Shown here: one piece after another, positions 33,308 through 44,668 of the stretch
How positions within the stretch are numbered: the stretch's first letter is position 1
Layout of the letters: the number at the start of each line of letters is the position of its first letter
Assembly: GCA_946965045.2 (NCBI GenBank)
Contig: OX337228.1
Location: 5,704,001 to 5,768,000, forward strand
Length of the DNA stretch: 64,000 bases
Source of the DNA: Epithemia pelagica
Taxonomy: Eukaryota > Protista > Bacillariophyta
Reading direction: 5' to 3'
Position numbers and translations under genes: made by a program
Notes under the pieces: generated by a model
Databases searched by the model: none
Told to the model about the DNA's origin: nothing
The model's input: only the letters and a program-made list of their open reading frames with translations

Positions 33308-35031
33308 ATGCCCATGAAAGCTCCGTTGTCAAGGCAGTCTGATCCGGCACCGGTTGGGCAGCCTCTGTCACAAGTTTCTCAATCTGCCGATGATATTTCT
33401 CAACAAGAGGCGGTGGTTGCAAAACTAGCTGGACTCCTCGGAAAAGAAACTAAAGGAGGGCTAGATGGGGACATGAACAGCGCCAAGCATGTCAAAGGAT
33501 TTTTTTCGAAAGATGTCGTGGAGCAAGATGTCGTTCTCGTCTTGCCGTCTCTTGACATTCAATTATCTGAGAAGAATGGCGGGGCGATACCGGATGTAGG
33601 AGAAAGCCGCAACGCAGTCAATGATGGTTTGCCACAACGCCCTACCATGACAGCTTCTGTCTTGACCTCTGCAGCCAAAGATGCGGCGAATGCTGAGCTT
33701 GAAGTGGCCAAGAGTTTGGGAGAAAACTCATCGTGGACAAAATCTACCGTCGGATTCGCACCAGCGGCCTTGGTCAATAATTTATCACAATCATTTTCAC
33801 GATTGTTGGGATCACGTATGAAAGCATGGACGCTGTTACTATTGCGGCATTCGCTTTCAACGGGAGACGAAAGCAGTCGGAAACGACTGCTTGGTATTTT
33901 GGCGGCGAGTCTTAAAGTGGAATCGGTGACGACCAACTTTTCAACAATTCCATTGCCCGAATCCGCAAAAGGACAAGAAAAACAAGCGGATGTCATTTTG
34001 CCACTCTTGTTCGGGGCAACCGTCACTGTCACGGGCCAGGATGAAACAAAGGGTGAACCAGTAACGATGCGAGCTCCAGGAACAATATCAGGTACGTGTG
34101 TCGTGGACGAGAGACAGTGCGTTTCTCTTGTTGCATTGCTGACAGTTTCTTGGTGATTTTAGCGAATTTTCTCCGCTCGACCAGTGGAAGTGCTTTGAAG
34201 GATGTGAAGATTCAGTTGGATTGTAGTTCTTTATTGACTTCCATGGTGGAGCAAGCACGTATCTTGGTGTTGAAAGCAGTCGCGGCTGCCACCAAGACAA
34301 ATGTGCCTACATCCTCGAACCCAGGCTCACATCCGAATAACAAAGTTCAACAATCGCACACTCGACCAAATGACAACCAGGTTATTCCGCCCACTTCGCC
34401 CTTGAGCGCATCCAAGAGTTTGGCATGTTTTCGCAGTGCCATAAATATTGCACCGACTTCCGCGGGTCCATCTCCTCGACTATCCAAAGCCCGATGTTCC
34501 GCTTTGCGACTAAACAACATTTTACAGGGAAATGGTGACGAAGCCTCAGACAAAAACAAGCCTACACTGGGTATGCGCAAGATTCGGTCCGTGAGATGGA
34601 ATACGCCTGGCGAAATCCCTAATCTCAAGAGAGATACTGAAGATCAGGCTCCCAAAAAGGCACGCAGTGTCCATGTGGCCAAGCTCAAGAGTTTCAAGTC
34701 CTTTGGACGACCTCACGCAGGTGATTTTGGATCTGGTCCCCGGAACGCCACCTTTGGAGAATTTGGTGGACGTTCGACAGGCATGTGGGGGAGAGATGGA
34801 CGCATGGCGGCACATCCGACACCCATGAAGGATGCCACGTTGCGAGATCCCTTGTCGGGAGAATTTCAAGGGGCGGACAAAAATGCCACCTTTAATCTTC
34901 AACAAGCGGCAGCGGCAACTACACGGAATCGACCATCCATCCATTTGGCGTCGGGCGATGGAAACACGACCAACATTCCTCGGACAGCGACCGTCCTCGA
35001 GAGTTTGCTTCTGAAACGGTCCATGACGTAG
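33308..35031 (+). CDS. Hypothetical protein (exons 33308-34091, 34163-35031)
   Basis: Two long ORFs joined in frame by GT-AG intron 34092-34162. Confidence 0.6.
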
Positions 35032-35359
35032 AGCGCGCGTTTGTTTGGGGAAGAGAATCAGCTGTATCACTAGACTGTCCATACGATTACTGTCACCCGT
35101 TATATCACTAGACTGACCATTCGATTGCTGCCGCCGTGTTGCTTGAGTTAGGGCAGTTTCCGGAACCCGATTCAGAGTATTATAGCATGCGCAGATGTAT
35201 GTACTAGTTCACCATGTCCTCTCGCGTCAATACTCGTGCAATGTCGTGATCCCTTGTCGTCCCGGTCATCAGCGAAGTATTCTTTGTAGTTCTACCCCTG
35301 TTTCTTCCTATAATTACAATAAAATACCCATAATTACAATAAAATGTTTTCGTTATCCC

Positions 35360-36643
35360 TCATTCAAGGTCCCCCTCCGTTCCTCCTTCTTCAGGCGACA
35401 AGAAATGAACGGGAATGTAATACGTCAAAAAGCCGACTCCGGACGGTTCCAGCATGACATGCAAGACCAAGGCTTCATTTTCCACCCAACACAAGACGGC
35501 TTGCGAGGCCAAGGAAGGCAAGGAAGATGAGAGGGGTTGTTGCCATTGAAGACAAAGGGCCAATTTGCGGGTATCGACCTTGATTGTGCATTGGACCAAG
35601 TCGTCCTCCTCCGCCTCGTCCTCGTCGTCCTCGTGTCTGGTAGGGGTGTTGGGAGAGCTGTCGTCCTTTTCTTGTTCGGTAGTACCACCATTCCGTCTAG
35701 GACTCCTCCTCCGACGAGACCGTGGTTGACAATTTTCCATACAGGGCACGAACCGATCCAAGACGGTATTCATGGACACACCGGTCGACGTGGTATGGGT
35801 AGCAATGGTCACTTGTCCTAGTTCGTCGCCGGAACATTCGGCCGTCACGTAAACAGTCGGGGACAGAACCCGCAAGCGTTCCAAGACGGTTCGCAAGGGT
35901 GTTTGATCGGCATCAAATTGCAATTGAATGGTCGGCAACGGTAAGGAGGGCGGTAAATGATGTTGGAGTTCCATGGCACGTGTCATGCGAACCGGAATGG
36001 CATGATGTACTTGCATGACGCCCGGTTCGGATGTTGTAGTTGTTGTCGTTCCCGTATCCAAACACAAGCAGGGTGTTTGATTTCGTTTGGACAATTTGAG
36101 TACCACCAAGGATGGTTTATAGTTGTTGTCATGACTGTCGTCCCGTTCCGAGGCACTGAGTTTTCGTTTCTTGAGACTGGTGCGCCTCGATGATTGTTGT
36201 TGCTGCTGTTGTTGTTGTTGACGTTGCTGTTGAATGGATTGCAAGGCCATGCGCAATTGAACAAGGTCGAGTTCCATCAAAATACCATTCTTTTCGGCAA
36301 TGGATTCAATCCGATGATGGACAAAGATTCCTCCCGTGGCTTGCAATTCGACAAAACTGGAAACGCCTGCAGCGTCATTTCGTTGTCCTCCTCGAACCGA
36401 AAAGCGGACATGATCATCGTCCAAATACAACATACACCCATTGCGTACCAAGGACGACGACGAGGAGGCGGCCGCCAAGGCCATGTATCGGAGACGTCCA
36501 CCCCCATTGATGTCGCCAATGCCACTTGCACCACTGTCTCCCGACGGTCCATTGTGGGTGGAGGATGTCAGGCGTGCAATGGATACCACCAAGGAATACA
36601 AGAGAGAAACCTGTTCGTCGGCCAAGGTGGCACGAAATCTCAT
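35360..36643 (-). CDS. HUS1: HUS1 subunit of the 9-1-1 checkpoint clamp, with low-complexity insertions
   Basis: MRFRA start, IES...N.ILMELD..QL..AL, LKLSKRNQTPCLCL, HAIPVR, C-terminal LTYYIP. Confidence 0.78.
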   Translation of the reverse strand: MRFRATLADEQVSLLYSLVVSIARLTSSTHNGPSGDSGASGIGDINGGGRLRYMALAAASSSSSLVRNGCMLYLDDDHVRFSVRGGQRNDAAGVSSFVELQATGGIFVHHRIESIAEKNGILMELDLVQLRMALQSIQQQRQQQQQQQQQSSRRTSLKKRKLSASERDDSHDNNYKPSLVVLKLSKRNQTPCLCLDTGTTTTTTSEPGVMQVHHAIPVRMTRAMELQHHLPPSLPLPTIQLQFDADQTPLRTVLERLRVLSPTVYVTAECSGDELGQVTIATHTTSTGVSMNTVLDRFVPCMENCQPRSRRRRSPRRNGGTTEQEKDDSSPNTPTRHEDDEDEAEEDDLVQCTIKVDTRKLALCLQWQQPLSSSLPSLASQAVLCWVENEALVLHVMLEPSGVGFLTYYIPVHFLSPEEGGTEGDLE

Positions 36644-37133
36644 GGTCGGCTAAGAAAAATAGTGCTAGCAAGGTAGAGGTAGAGGTGCAGATGAATGAGG
36701 GAGTGAAACGAATGAGACGAGGTGGTGGATGGGCGGGCGTGGGCGCCAGCTTTGCCACTCGGAACTGAAAGCGAACGGCGCGCATTCTGATCCTTCGAAG
36801 AGCTTCGCCGAAAATACGAACTTCGCGTCTGGTCTTTGTCGGAGGTTTTTTGTGCGGGGAGAAACCACCCCACGACAAGCTCCAAATCTAGCGGAGGAAG
36901 AAGAATCAAGAATCAGGTGGCCCACCGACACCACACACCAGACCAGAAATCAACCACACAACAACAACAACAGCCGTCCAACTACAACAAAGAATCTTCT
37001 GGTATTGCCACAATATCTTGCGCAGGAAGAGTGACGGATCCTCCAACAACGCATCAGACAGTCTCATTTTTGTGTTACATCAGTTCGAAGCAATTGCAAA
37101 AGCATTCAATTGTTCTAGGCTCGGAGGCAAAGC

Positions 37134-38795
37134 ATGACAACCGCTGTAAAGTCATCCTTCACCAACACCCACATGCCCTCCGATTCGTTCCAGCAAAATA
37201 CACCATCGACCCGTCCATCTTCTTCCCTGCAGGTTCCCGCCAAAAAGGGACAACCACCACCACAACAAACTGTCGACGAGGAGGATCTCTCGGATTCTCA
37301 CATGGAGATGGACTTGTCCAAGCAATTGCGCGATGAGGCCTTGGCAGCGTTGAAGGAGGAACCCGAACTCTGTGCCTTGTTGCATCGCACCGTTCTGGCA
37401 CCGGGTGTAGAAACCTTTGAAGATGCCGTAGCTCAAACAGTATCCCAAAAACTCTTGCCTCAAACACCGGGTGAAAACGCGGGTCCTCCCGTCTTTTGTC
37501 CCGAATCCTTGCGCACCATTATCAAACATGCTTTGCATTCCAATGTCCATGAGGAAGCGGGCCATACCATGGCAGAAGCGGTCCGTCGCGATGCCATGGC
37601 CGTGTTGCGACGAGATCCGGCCTGTCAAACGTTATTGGAAGTGGTCTTGTTTTACAAGGGCTTTGCGGCGTTGGTTTGTCATCGAGCGGCCCGTCAAAAA
37701 TGGATGCATGCCGCTAGTCAAAAGAAACGTAGCATGACGGCTCTCTTTTTGCAATCGCAAGCCTCGGCCATTTTTGGTGTCGACATTCATCCAGCCACAA
37801 CGATTGGTGCCGGTATCATGTTGGATCATGGCACGGGCATTGTGATTGGAGAAACGGCCACCATTGGCGATGGTTGTACCCTGCTGCATGGTGTCACCTT
37901 GGGTGGCACCGGCAAACAAAATGGAGATCGACATCCCAAAGTGGGAACCAATGTCTTGATTGGAGCCGGTGCGAGTATTTTGGGGAATATCCGGATTGGT
38001 CATGGCAGCAAGATTGGAGCCGGAAGTATTGTCTTGCGCCCCATTCCGGATGGTGCGACAGCGGTGGGAGCCCCGGCCAAAATTATTGGACGCGCCATGG
38101 AAGCCAAACCCGGAAGTTTTATGGATGATACCTTGCGCAAAGTGGCCTTGTTGCATACGTCGGAAAGTATGGCCACCTTTCCCACGGCAGAAACCTCTGT
38201 CTCCTCCTTGTCCCATACTTCAACGTCTACCGCCGCAGCAGCTGCAGCAGTCACGGCCTCTCCTTCGTCTGTCCCTCGACGCATTCATCGGCCTCCTATT
38301 GCTTCCTTAAATGTCAATCTCGGATCCTCCTCCATGGATGGAGAACTGTCTTCATCGGATGAACGCGAGGAGGAAGAAGACGATGACTTTTTGTGTCCCT
38401 ATCGTGGCTATCGCAAAGTACGGGCTCCGACTGGAGCTATTACCTTTGGCGTCTTGACGAAATGGATGAAGGGATGTACCTCGGCCGAAATTGGCAATGT
38501 CTTTTTTGCCTTGGATAAACGCAATGTGGGTTATGTGTATTGGGATGTCTTTCAAAAGGAAGCACCAGCAATCTTGCAAAAATATGTCACCTCCCTAGAT
38601 CCTCAACGAATTCAATCCCTTTTGGATCAAGGCACAACCATTATGAGACGAGCCTCGTCGGTGCAAACCAGTACGACTTCAGCCATTCCTGCCAATTGTG
38701 CAACTGCGGCGGCGAATGCAGAAGCGCTGGATGGCGTCGCCGAAGGAGGAGGAGGGTCCACAACACGAGATGGATCTCCTCCTTCCCGTCTCTGA
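37134..38795 (+). CDS. cysE: Serine O-acetyltransferase with N- and C-terminal extensions
   Basis: RDPAC....EV.LFYKGF, GVDIHPA..IG.GIMLDHGTGIVIGETA, LHGVTLGGTGK..GDRHPK hexapeptide repeats. Confidence 0.93.
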   Translation: MTTAVKSSFTNTHMPSDSFQQNTPSTRPSSSLQVPAKKGQPPPQQTVDEEDLSDSHMEMDLSKQLRDEALAALKEEPELCALLHRTVLAPGVETFEDAVAQTVSQKLLPQTPGENAGPPVFCPESLRTIIKHALHSNVHEEAGHTMAEAVRRDAMAVLRRDPACQTLLEVVLFYKGFAALVCHRAARQKWMHAASQKKRSMTALFLQSQASAIFGVDIHPATTIGAGIMLDHGTGIVIGETATIGDGCTLLHGVTLGGTGKQNGDRHPKVGTNVLIGAGASILGNIRIGHGSKIGAGSIVLRPIPDGATAVGAPAKIIGRAMEAKPGSFMDDTLRKVALLHTSESMATFPTAETSVSSLSHTSTSTAAAAAAVTASPSSVPRRIHRPPIASLNVNLGSSSMDGELSSSDEREEEEDDDFLCPYRGYRKVRAPTGAITFGVLTKWMKGCTSAEIGNVFFALDKRNVGYVYWDVFQKEAPAILQKYVTSLDPQRIQSLLDQGTTIMRRASSVQTSTTSAIPANCATAAANAEALDGVAEGGGGSTTRDGSPPSRL

Positions 38796-39339
38796 GAAAC
38801 AACACAAGTCGGCCGCACATTCATAGTCACACGCGCACTCACCCAATCTACTCGAGTGCCCTCGTTGTTTTTTGTTTTCACATTCTTATTCTACAGTCGC
38901 ACACATGACATGACTCAAGAAGGGAGAGAGAGAAGGAGAATGTTCCACCGGAAATGGTGGGACGACGGAACAGAATACACATGTACAAATAAACTCTTTA
39001 TTTCAACTTTCCAGCAAATGATTCATGTTGTCTCTCTTTCTCGACCAGAAACTCTCCAAGAAACCTTTTCTTCTTACTCCTAAAAGCTAAAAGCACCAAT
39101 GCATACTTTGCTCTGCTACCCATAGCCTAACTTTACTACTTCTAGCCTTTCGATGGACAGACGGTAGTATTAATACTTCCCGGTGTTGAGTCCTTTCAAG
39201 GAGGGACCGCCCGGCGCGAAGGGTAGAATGACGAGGAGGGCAATGGTCGAGGAGGGCGCACGCCCGACAAGACAATTGCCCGTCGAGTCATTCTCCCGCC
39301 AAGCCGGGCGCGCCCGACGCGAGAGGACGGCCAGACACA

Positions 39340-39537
39340 GGGAAGTAGTAAACTTACTCCCTATCAAGCTGTGTAGGTAGTGAGAAATTCCTGGAAGCCA
39401 TGTCACAAAGTGTCACACAAGTGTCACACAAGTGTCACACACGAGAGGGAAACCGCGCGACTCGCACGAAACTACTTCCCGGTCGTACAAAAAATTCCTA
39501 CTGTTGTATAAAAATGTGAGACGAACTACCTACACAG
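39340..39537. repeat. Structured intergenic element: interleaved inverted repeats plus 3x 11-bp tandem repeat
   Basis: GGGAAGTAGT (39340-49) / ACTACTTCCC (39471-80); CTGTGTAGGTAGT (39369-81) / ACTACCTACACAG (39525-37); AGTGTCACACA x3 (~39409-39441). Confidence 0.55.
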
Positions 39538-39732
39538 TCTGGTATGGAGTTAGTGCCAGCCAACACTTTTTCGAAAGGATACTCAGCCTCCAGAGATAAC
39601 CTATAACCTTATCAATATAGCTCATCAAAATCTGACCACAACCTCTCTCAAAGAAAGGCAACGACCACATATCGATAACAGAACAGAACATCATATTTCA
39701 CGACAAAAGAAGGAAGACATTCAACAAGAAGA

Positions 39733-42300
39733 ATGAGATACCCTGGGTCATCATCCTCGAGGGGAAACCTTGGTGATGCATTGGCTCTTTGCATGGTGAC
39801 CAGTGCCTCCCTGGTAACCGTGGTGGGCATGTACTACATGTACGACCGTTTGAACCGTGTTCGTCAGGTTCCAGGCAAGGACGAAGACGCGGAAGAAGAG
39901 ACCAACCAAGCAAAGGGGAATCGGGTTCCGGTCCGACAGATTGAATATGGCCCGTCTTCGGCCGACAAGGGCGACTTGTTTCGCATATTTCGTCGAAACT
40001 CCATTTCGATTGTTCACGGGAGTGTAACGGGGACGTGTCGAAAAATGGCCCAAGATTTGTACCAACAATGCCAAACAAAGTTTCCTCATCGTCATGTGCA
40101 ACTGGCGGCCATTCCAGAAATTGATTGGTGGGATGAACTCATCAACGATGACAGTCAAGACGATGACACTGGCCTTTCCAAACGATCAACGACCAACGCT
40201 TTGCCAATTTTGCTAATTTTGTTGCCCACGTATACGGAAGGAGCCTGGACGCCACCCTCTGTTCCCTTGCAATCCGCCTTGCAAGAATTGGATACGGATT
40301 GGCGGATTGCCAAACATCCCCTCAAGGGCAAGATTCAGGTGGGTATTTTGGGTGTGGGTTCGTCGGCCTACGACGATGGCACTCTAGGACGACCGGCACG
40401 AGAAGCCGTCCGACAGCTGCAAACCTTGGGAGCCAAGTGCATTGTACGATTGCAAGTGGGAGATTCGGCTGTGGGAACGCATGCCTGGGACACCTACCAA
40501 TCGTGGTTGGCAAATCTCGTGCAACAAATTCAAAAAAAGGAACCAGCACAGCGTACCAAGAGGCAGATTCCGACGACGACACTCCAAACGGTGGACGAGG
40601 GCAAGGATTCTTCGTGTGGATGTAAAACAGACACTAATACAAATGGCAAGGAAGAAGGATGCTGTCAATCCAAGGACCAGCGGCAGGACGTTCTGGAGGA
40701 AGACGATGAGGAGGAGGATGTATTCGACGACGAGGACGACTTTTCGGACGAGGAGCAGGAGGAACCCGAAATCATGGATATGGAAGATATGGGTGATGCT
40801 ATGGCTCGTAGTAGTAAAAGCAAGAATGGACGAACTCGTGAGAATACCAACGAGCCGCGTGAGATGGTAACTCCCAGTCAGGCAGCCGCCTTGAAAAAAG
40901 AGGGGTACAAATTGATTGGTACCCACAGTGCGGTGAAACTTTGTCGCTGGACAAAGCATCAATTACGCGGTAGAGGGGGCTGTTACAAGCACAGTTTCTA
41001 TGGAATTACCAGTTACCAGTGCATGGAAGCGACACCCAGTTTGGCCTGTGCCAACAAATGCGTCTTTTGTTGGAGACACCACAAGAATCCCGTGGGCAAG
41101 GAGTGGAGATGGAAGACGGATGATCCCGACTTTATCGTGGAGCAAGCCGTGCAGACACACATTAAAATGATTCAAGAAACCCGGGGTATTCCCGGAGTAC
41201 GAATGGATCGATGGCAGGAGGCACATACTGTTCGTCACTGTGCTTTAAGTTTGGTAGGCGAACCCATAATGTACCCACGCATTCATGAATTACTGGGTGA
41301 ATTGCATGACCGAAGAATATCCACGTTTTTGGTAACCAATGGACAGCATCCAGCCGCCATTGAAACCTTGCGCCCCATAACCCAATTATACGTCAGTGTC
41401 GATGCACCCACCAAACAGAGTTTGATTGAAATTGACCGTCCCCTTTTTAAAGATGCATGGGAACGGTTGCGGGAATCTTTGAAATATCTCAAGGACAAGG
41501 GACAACGAACCGTCGCTAGGTTAACAGTGGTCAAGGGCTGGAACTCGGATGAACTACAGGGGTATGCGCAATTAATTGCATTGGGCCACGTGACTCTGGT
41601 AGAAGTCAAGGGTGTAACGTTCTGCGGAAAGTCGGATGCGTCCAATTTGAACATGTCCAATACACCATGGCACCACGAAGTCGTGGCCTTGACACAGCAG
41701 CTGCAACGTGAGCTACAAAAGATTCGAGAACAGCAATTGAAATCAGGGGACAAGAACGAACAAGTTTTGCCAGAATACGGTTTGGCATGTGAACATCAGC
41801 ACTCGTGCAGTGTCCTCTTGGCCCGCGTGGATCTCTTTGCAGACACGGATCCTGCGACGGGAAAGGTTGTTCAATGGAACACATGGATCGATTACGATAA
41901 GTTCCATGAGTTGGCCAAACGACATTCCAAAGCAATGACAGAGAATCCCTCCGATGCTTCAAAATATGCTTTCACCGTTCGGGACTACACAGCCCCAACA
42001 CCGGTCTGGGCCTTATTTGGTGCAAAGGAGCATGGATTTGATCCGACAGAAACGAGGTATCGAAAGAAGCACAAGCATCCAAAGTACACGCGGTTTGATT
42101 CCTCAGGAGTTCCAACTCATGATTGCAATGACGAGCCCCTTTCCATTGTAGAACGTGAGCAGTTGGGAAAACTGATGGACGAGCGATTGCATGAACTGGG
42201 TGGTGAAGAGTCTGTGACAACGGAAATGCCTGATGGAGCAAAGTACATTAACGATCCCCGCAACATGTTTCGTGGAATGGTCGTTACGAAAGACAACTAA
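39733..42300 (+). CDS. TYW1: tRNA wybutosine-synthesis protein TYW1 (flavodoxin + radical SAM)
   Basis: N-terminal TM, flavodoxin-like GSVTGTC loop, GYKLIGTHSAVKLCRWTK, CANKCVFC, ALSLVGEP, LVTNG, EVKGVTFCG. Confidence 0.95.
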   Translation: MRYPGSSSSRGNLGDALALCMVTSASLVTVVGMYYMYDRLNRVRQVPGKDEDAEEETNQAKGNRVPVRQIEYGPSSADKGDLFRIFRRNSISIVHGSVTGTCRKMAQDLYQQCQTKFPHRHVQLAAIPEIDWWDELINDDSQDDDTGLSKRSTTNALPILLILLPTYTEGAWTPPSVPLQSALQELDTDWRIAKHPLKGKIQVGILGVGSSAYDDGTLGRPAREAVRQLQTLGAKCIVRLQVGDSAVGTHAWDTYQSWLANLVQQIQKKEPAQRTKRQIPTTTLQTVDEGKDSSCGCKTDTNTNGKEEGCCQSKDQRQDVLEEDDEEEDVFDDEDDFSDEEQEEPEIMDMEDMGDAMARSSKSKNGRTRENTNEPREMVTPSQAAALKKEGYKLIGTHSAVKLCRWTKHQLRGRGGCYKHSFYGITSYQCMEATPSLACANKCVFCWRHHKNPVGKEWRWKTDDPDFIVEQAVQTHIKMIQETRGIPGVRMDRWQEAHTVRHCALSLVGEPIMYPRIHELLGELHDRRISTFLVTNGQHPAAIETLRPITQLYVSVDAPTKQSLIEIDRPLFKDAWERLRESLKYLKDKGQRTVARLTVVKGWNSDELQGYAQLIALGHVTLVEVKGVTFCGKSDASNLNMSNTPWHHEVVALTQQLQRELQKIREQQLKSGDKNEQVLPEYGLACEHQHSCSVLLARVDLFADTDPATGKVVQWNTWIDYDKFHELAKRHSKAMTENPSDASKYAFTVRDYTAPTPVWALFGAKEHGFDPTETRYRKKHKHPKYTRFDSSGVPTHDCNDEPLSIVEREQLGKLMDERLHELGGEESVTTEMPDGAKYINDPRNMFRGMVVTKDN

Positions 42301-42518
42301 GATATTTAGTTCCACTAAGGTTATGAAGAGTCTACTTGATGATTTTTAAGATGGGTTGATTCATATATGAATGAAAAGGGTGTAGTGATTGGCAGTCTCT
42401 TCTCTGAAAACTTTTCGCATTCATTGACGTCCAGGAAGATGGAATGGTACAACCCGTCGCATTATAGCGAGTAGAGAAGGAAAGCGGTTATGTATCATGC
42501 ATTGACTTCACAGCTTCT

Positions 42519-44668
42519 TCAACGTAATGAGTGATGTACACCATTTCGTCGCAGAAAACGCAAACGGATCCTACGACTTTTCTCGCTCTTCTCGCTCTTC
42601 TCGCTCTTCTCGCTCTTGGGCTTCTTTTCATTGTGTTCCTCGGGAGAAGATGTTGGCCTAGAGGTAGGCGAAACAGTGGGCACCGGAGTCACCGGAGACG
42701 ATGTTGGCGTAGAAGTAGGCGAAACAGTGGGCATCGGAGTCACCGGAGACGATGTTGGCGTAGAAGTAGGCGAAACAGTGGGCACAGGGGTTGGGCTCAA
42801 TGTTGGTGTTGATGTTGGGCGCGACGTGGGCCTTTCTGTTGGCGTCGATGTCGGTTGTTCGGTAGGCGGCGAAGTCGGCCGTGCCGAAGTAGGCGAAACA
42901 GTGGGCACAGGGGTTGGGCTTGATGTGGGTGTTGATGTTGGGCTCAACGTGGGCCTTGCCGTAGGCGTCAGGGTCGGTTGTTCGGTAGGCGGCGAAGTCG
43001 GCCATTCGGTGGGTACCCCAGTAGGTAAATTGGTCGGGGCGGGCGACGGCGGTGCAATCGGCATTGCAGTTGAAGAAGTTGGCGCAAAGGAGGGACTTGC
43101 GGTAGGCATCAACGTAGGAACAGCCGTAGGTAACATTGTCGGAGACATGGTTGGATCATGAGTTGGTCGAGATGTAGGTGAATCCGTGGGTTGAGTTGTC
43201 GGAGAATCAGTAGGGGCCAAGGTGGGGGAATCGGTGGGGGCAGGTGTGGTGTCGTCGTCAAAGAACGATTTTTCAGATGTGGCAACGCAACTCGGTCCCT
43301 CCTGGTTTATCATAGTGTCCGTGATAATTACCTTGTTATCATGCGAGAACGTCGAACACGCATCGCAAATACTAGCCTGCATTATGGTTTCACGATCAGC
43401 TAGGCCGTGTGCTCCGTTAAAGTTGTGTCCAATCTCATCTGCAGGCGAATGTTAGTTACAATTGTTAGTTATGAGAACCATGTTTTGAATTATTGCATTC
43501 GAAGCGCGAATCACTTACGGGCTGTGAGAGCAGCTAAATCAGCAATGATATCGCTGAACATCAGCTCGCTACCAGCCAGATTGTAGCCATTGCCGTGACA
43601 AAGCGTGTTGACATACGCGCAGCCGATAGTATCTCCATAATCATAGCCATAGTACAAGTGCCAGATATCTGATTCGTTGAATCGAAGCCCTGCAATACCC
43701 GAAGAACTCACAAGTTCGTTCCTGAACTCCCTGAGAAGGCCTTGGCCTTTGGAGCAAAGGTTGTTCTGGTTGTCTTGGATCATCTGGTGGATGGGATCAG
43801 TGTTTTGGTCGCAAAAGATGATAAGATCCTTCGGCAAGATTTTGATGCAGAGTGCATCATAAATCTCATTGACTTTCTCTAGAACCTGAACGAATACAAG
43901 TTTGACCAATTCATCTGTACCCCCCAGGTCAAGGCACGTTCGGGAATCGACAACGAAAATTACCTCAACCTCCCAGTATGAATCGCAGGTTGATTCCGTT
44001 AGGGCACGGCCTGGAATCATCATGTCTTCGAGAGCTACGGTCTGTTGCCGTCGACGAAGATTGGATCCCGTAGTGGCATTGGAAGGAGGGTGTACCGCAT
44101 GGAGTACCCGGCCAGAGAATTCGCGCTTTTCGGCGATTTCTTTCTTCAGAAGAACATAAGTATCCTGGCCCACCTTGATGATTTCATCGGAGCTCCTTGA
44201 TGATGTCACTGCATGCAAAGCGCCTTCGGATGTGAAAGTAACAGCTGCATCGCAGTCTTTGCTCTTGTATATAGCGGGAATGTTGGTGGTTTGCTCCACA
44301 TTGTCAACAATAACATGTGACTCATGGCCAAACAGCTTGATTTCTTTTAGACGACTTTTGTCGAACGAGACGAAGCATTCATCGAACCACACTCCAGTAT
44401 CTTGTTTTTCGACTAGTACGAGGGGAAGATGGTCTGGGTCTTTGTCCTTGATTCTGTTTTTCTTGATAAACTTCTCAAGCGAGAGGCGTTCTGCTGTTCG
44501 AAAGAAATTGAGTTTGCGCTCACGTCGACTTTGCTCGTCTTGGTCGAACGAGGACGCAGTGTTGTCCATTGCAAATGCCTTACAGTTCAAAGTCACCAAG
44601 AAAAAGCAGAGGAGCGTGCTGGGGCCAAGAGAGAAAGAGCCATAATGTGGAAGTGATGCAACTTTCAT
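42519..44668 (-). CDS. Secreted metzincin (reprolysin/M12B-like) with Pro/Thr mucin-like stalk and KSEK tail, copy A (exons 44668-43519, 43438-42519)
   Basis: Signal peptide, prodomain, GCAYVNTLC; intron 43439-43518 splits the His codon of HEIGHNFNGAH; Met-turn ETIMQ; SPT/APT repeats. Confidence 0.85.

Noticed and set aside
35537-38908. Many overlapping short ORFs around HUS1 and SAT
   Set aside because: Alternative-frame by-products of GC-rich, low-complexity coding sequence.
5706-42300. Apparent RNA-modification cluster (TrmA-like, SPOUT1, TYW1, AlkB-like)
   Set aside because: Spread over 36 kb with unrelated genes between; no evidence of linkage.
42616-43161. Plus-strand ORF of GVDVG/VGETVG repeats (also 50048-50665)
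   Set aside because: Antisense shadow of the Pro/Thr repeat exon of the metzincin; no independent signal.
42640-43200. Repeats that could be mistaken for a CRISPR array or satellite
   Set aside because: They are coding SPT/APT repeats without unique spacers; the context is eukaryotic with no cas genes.
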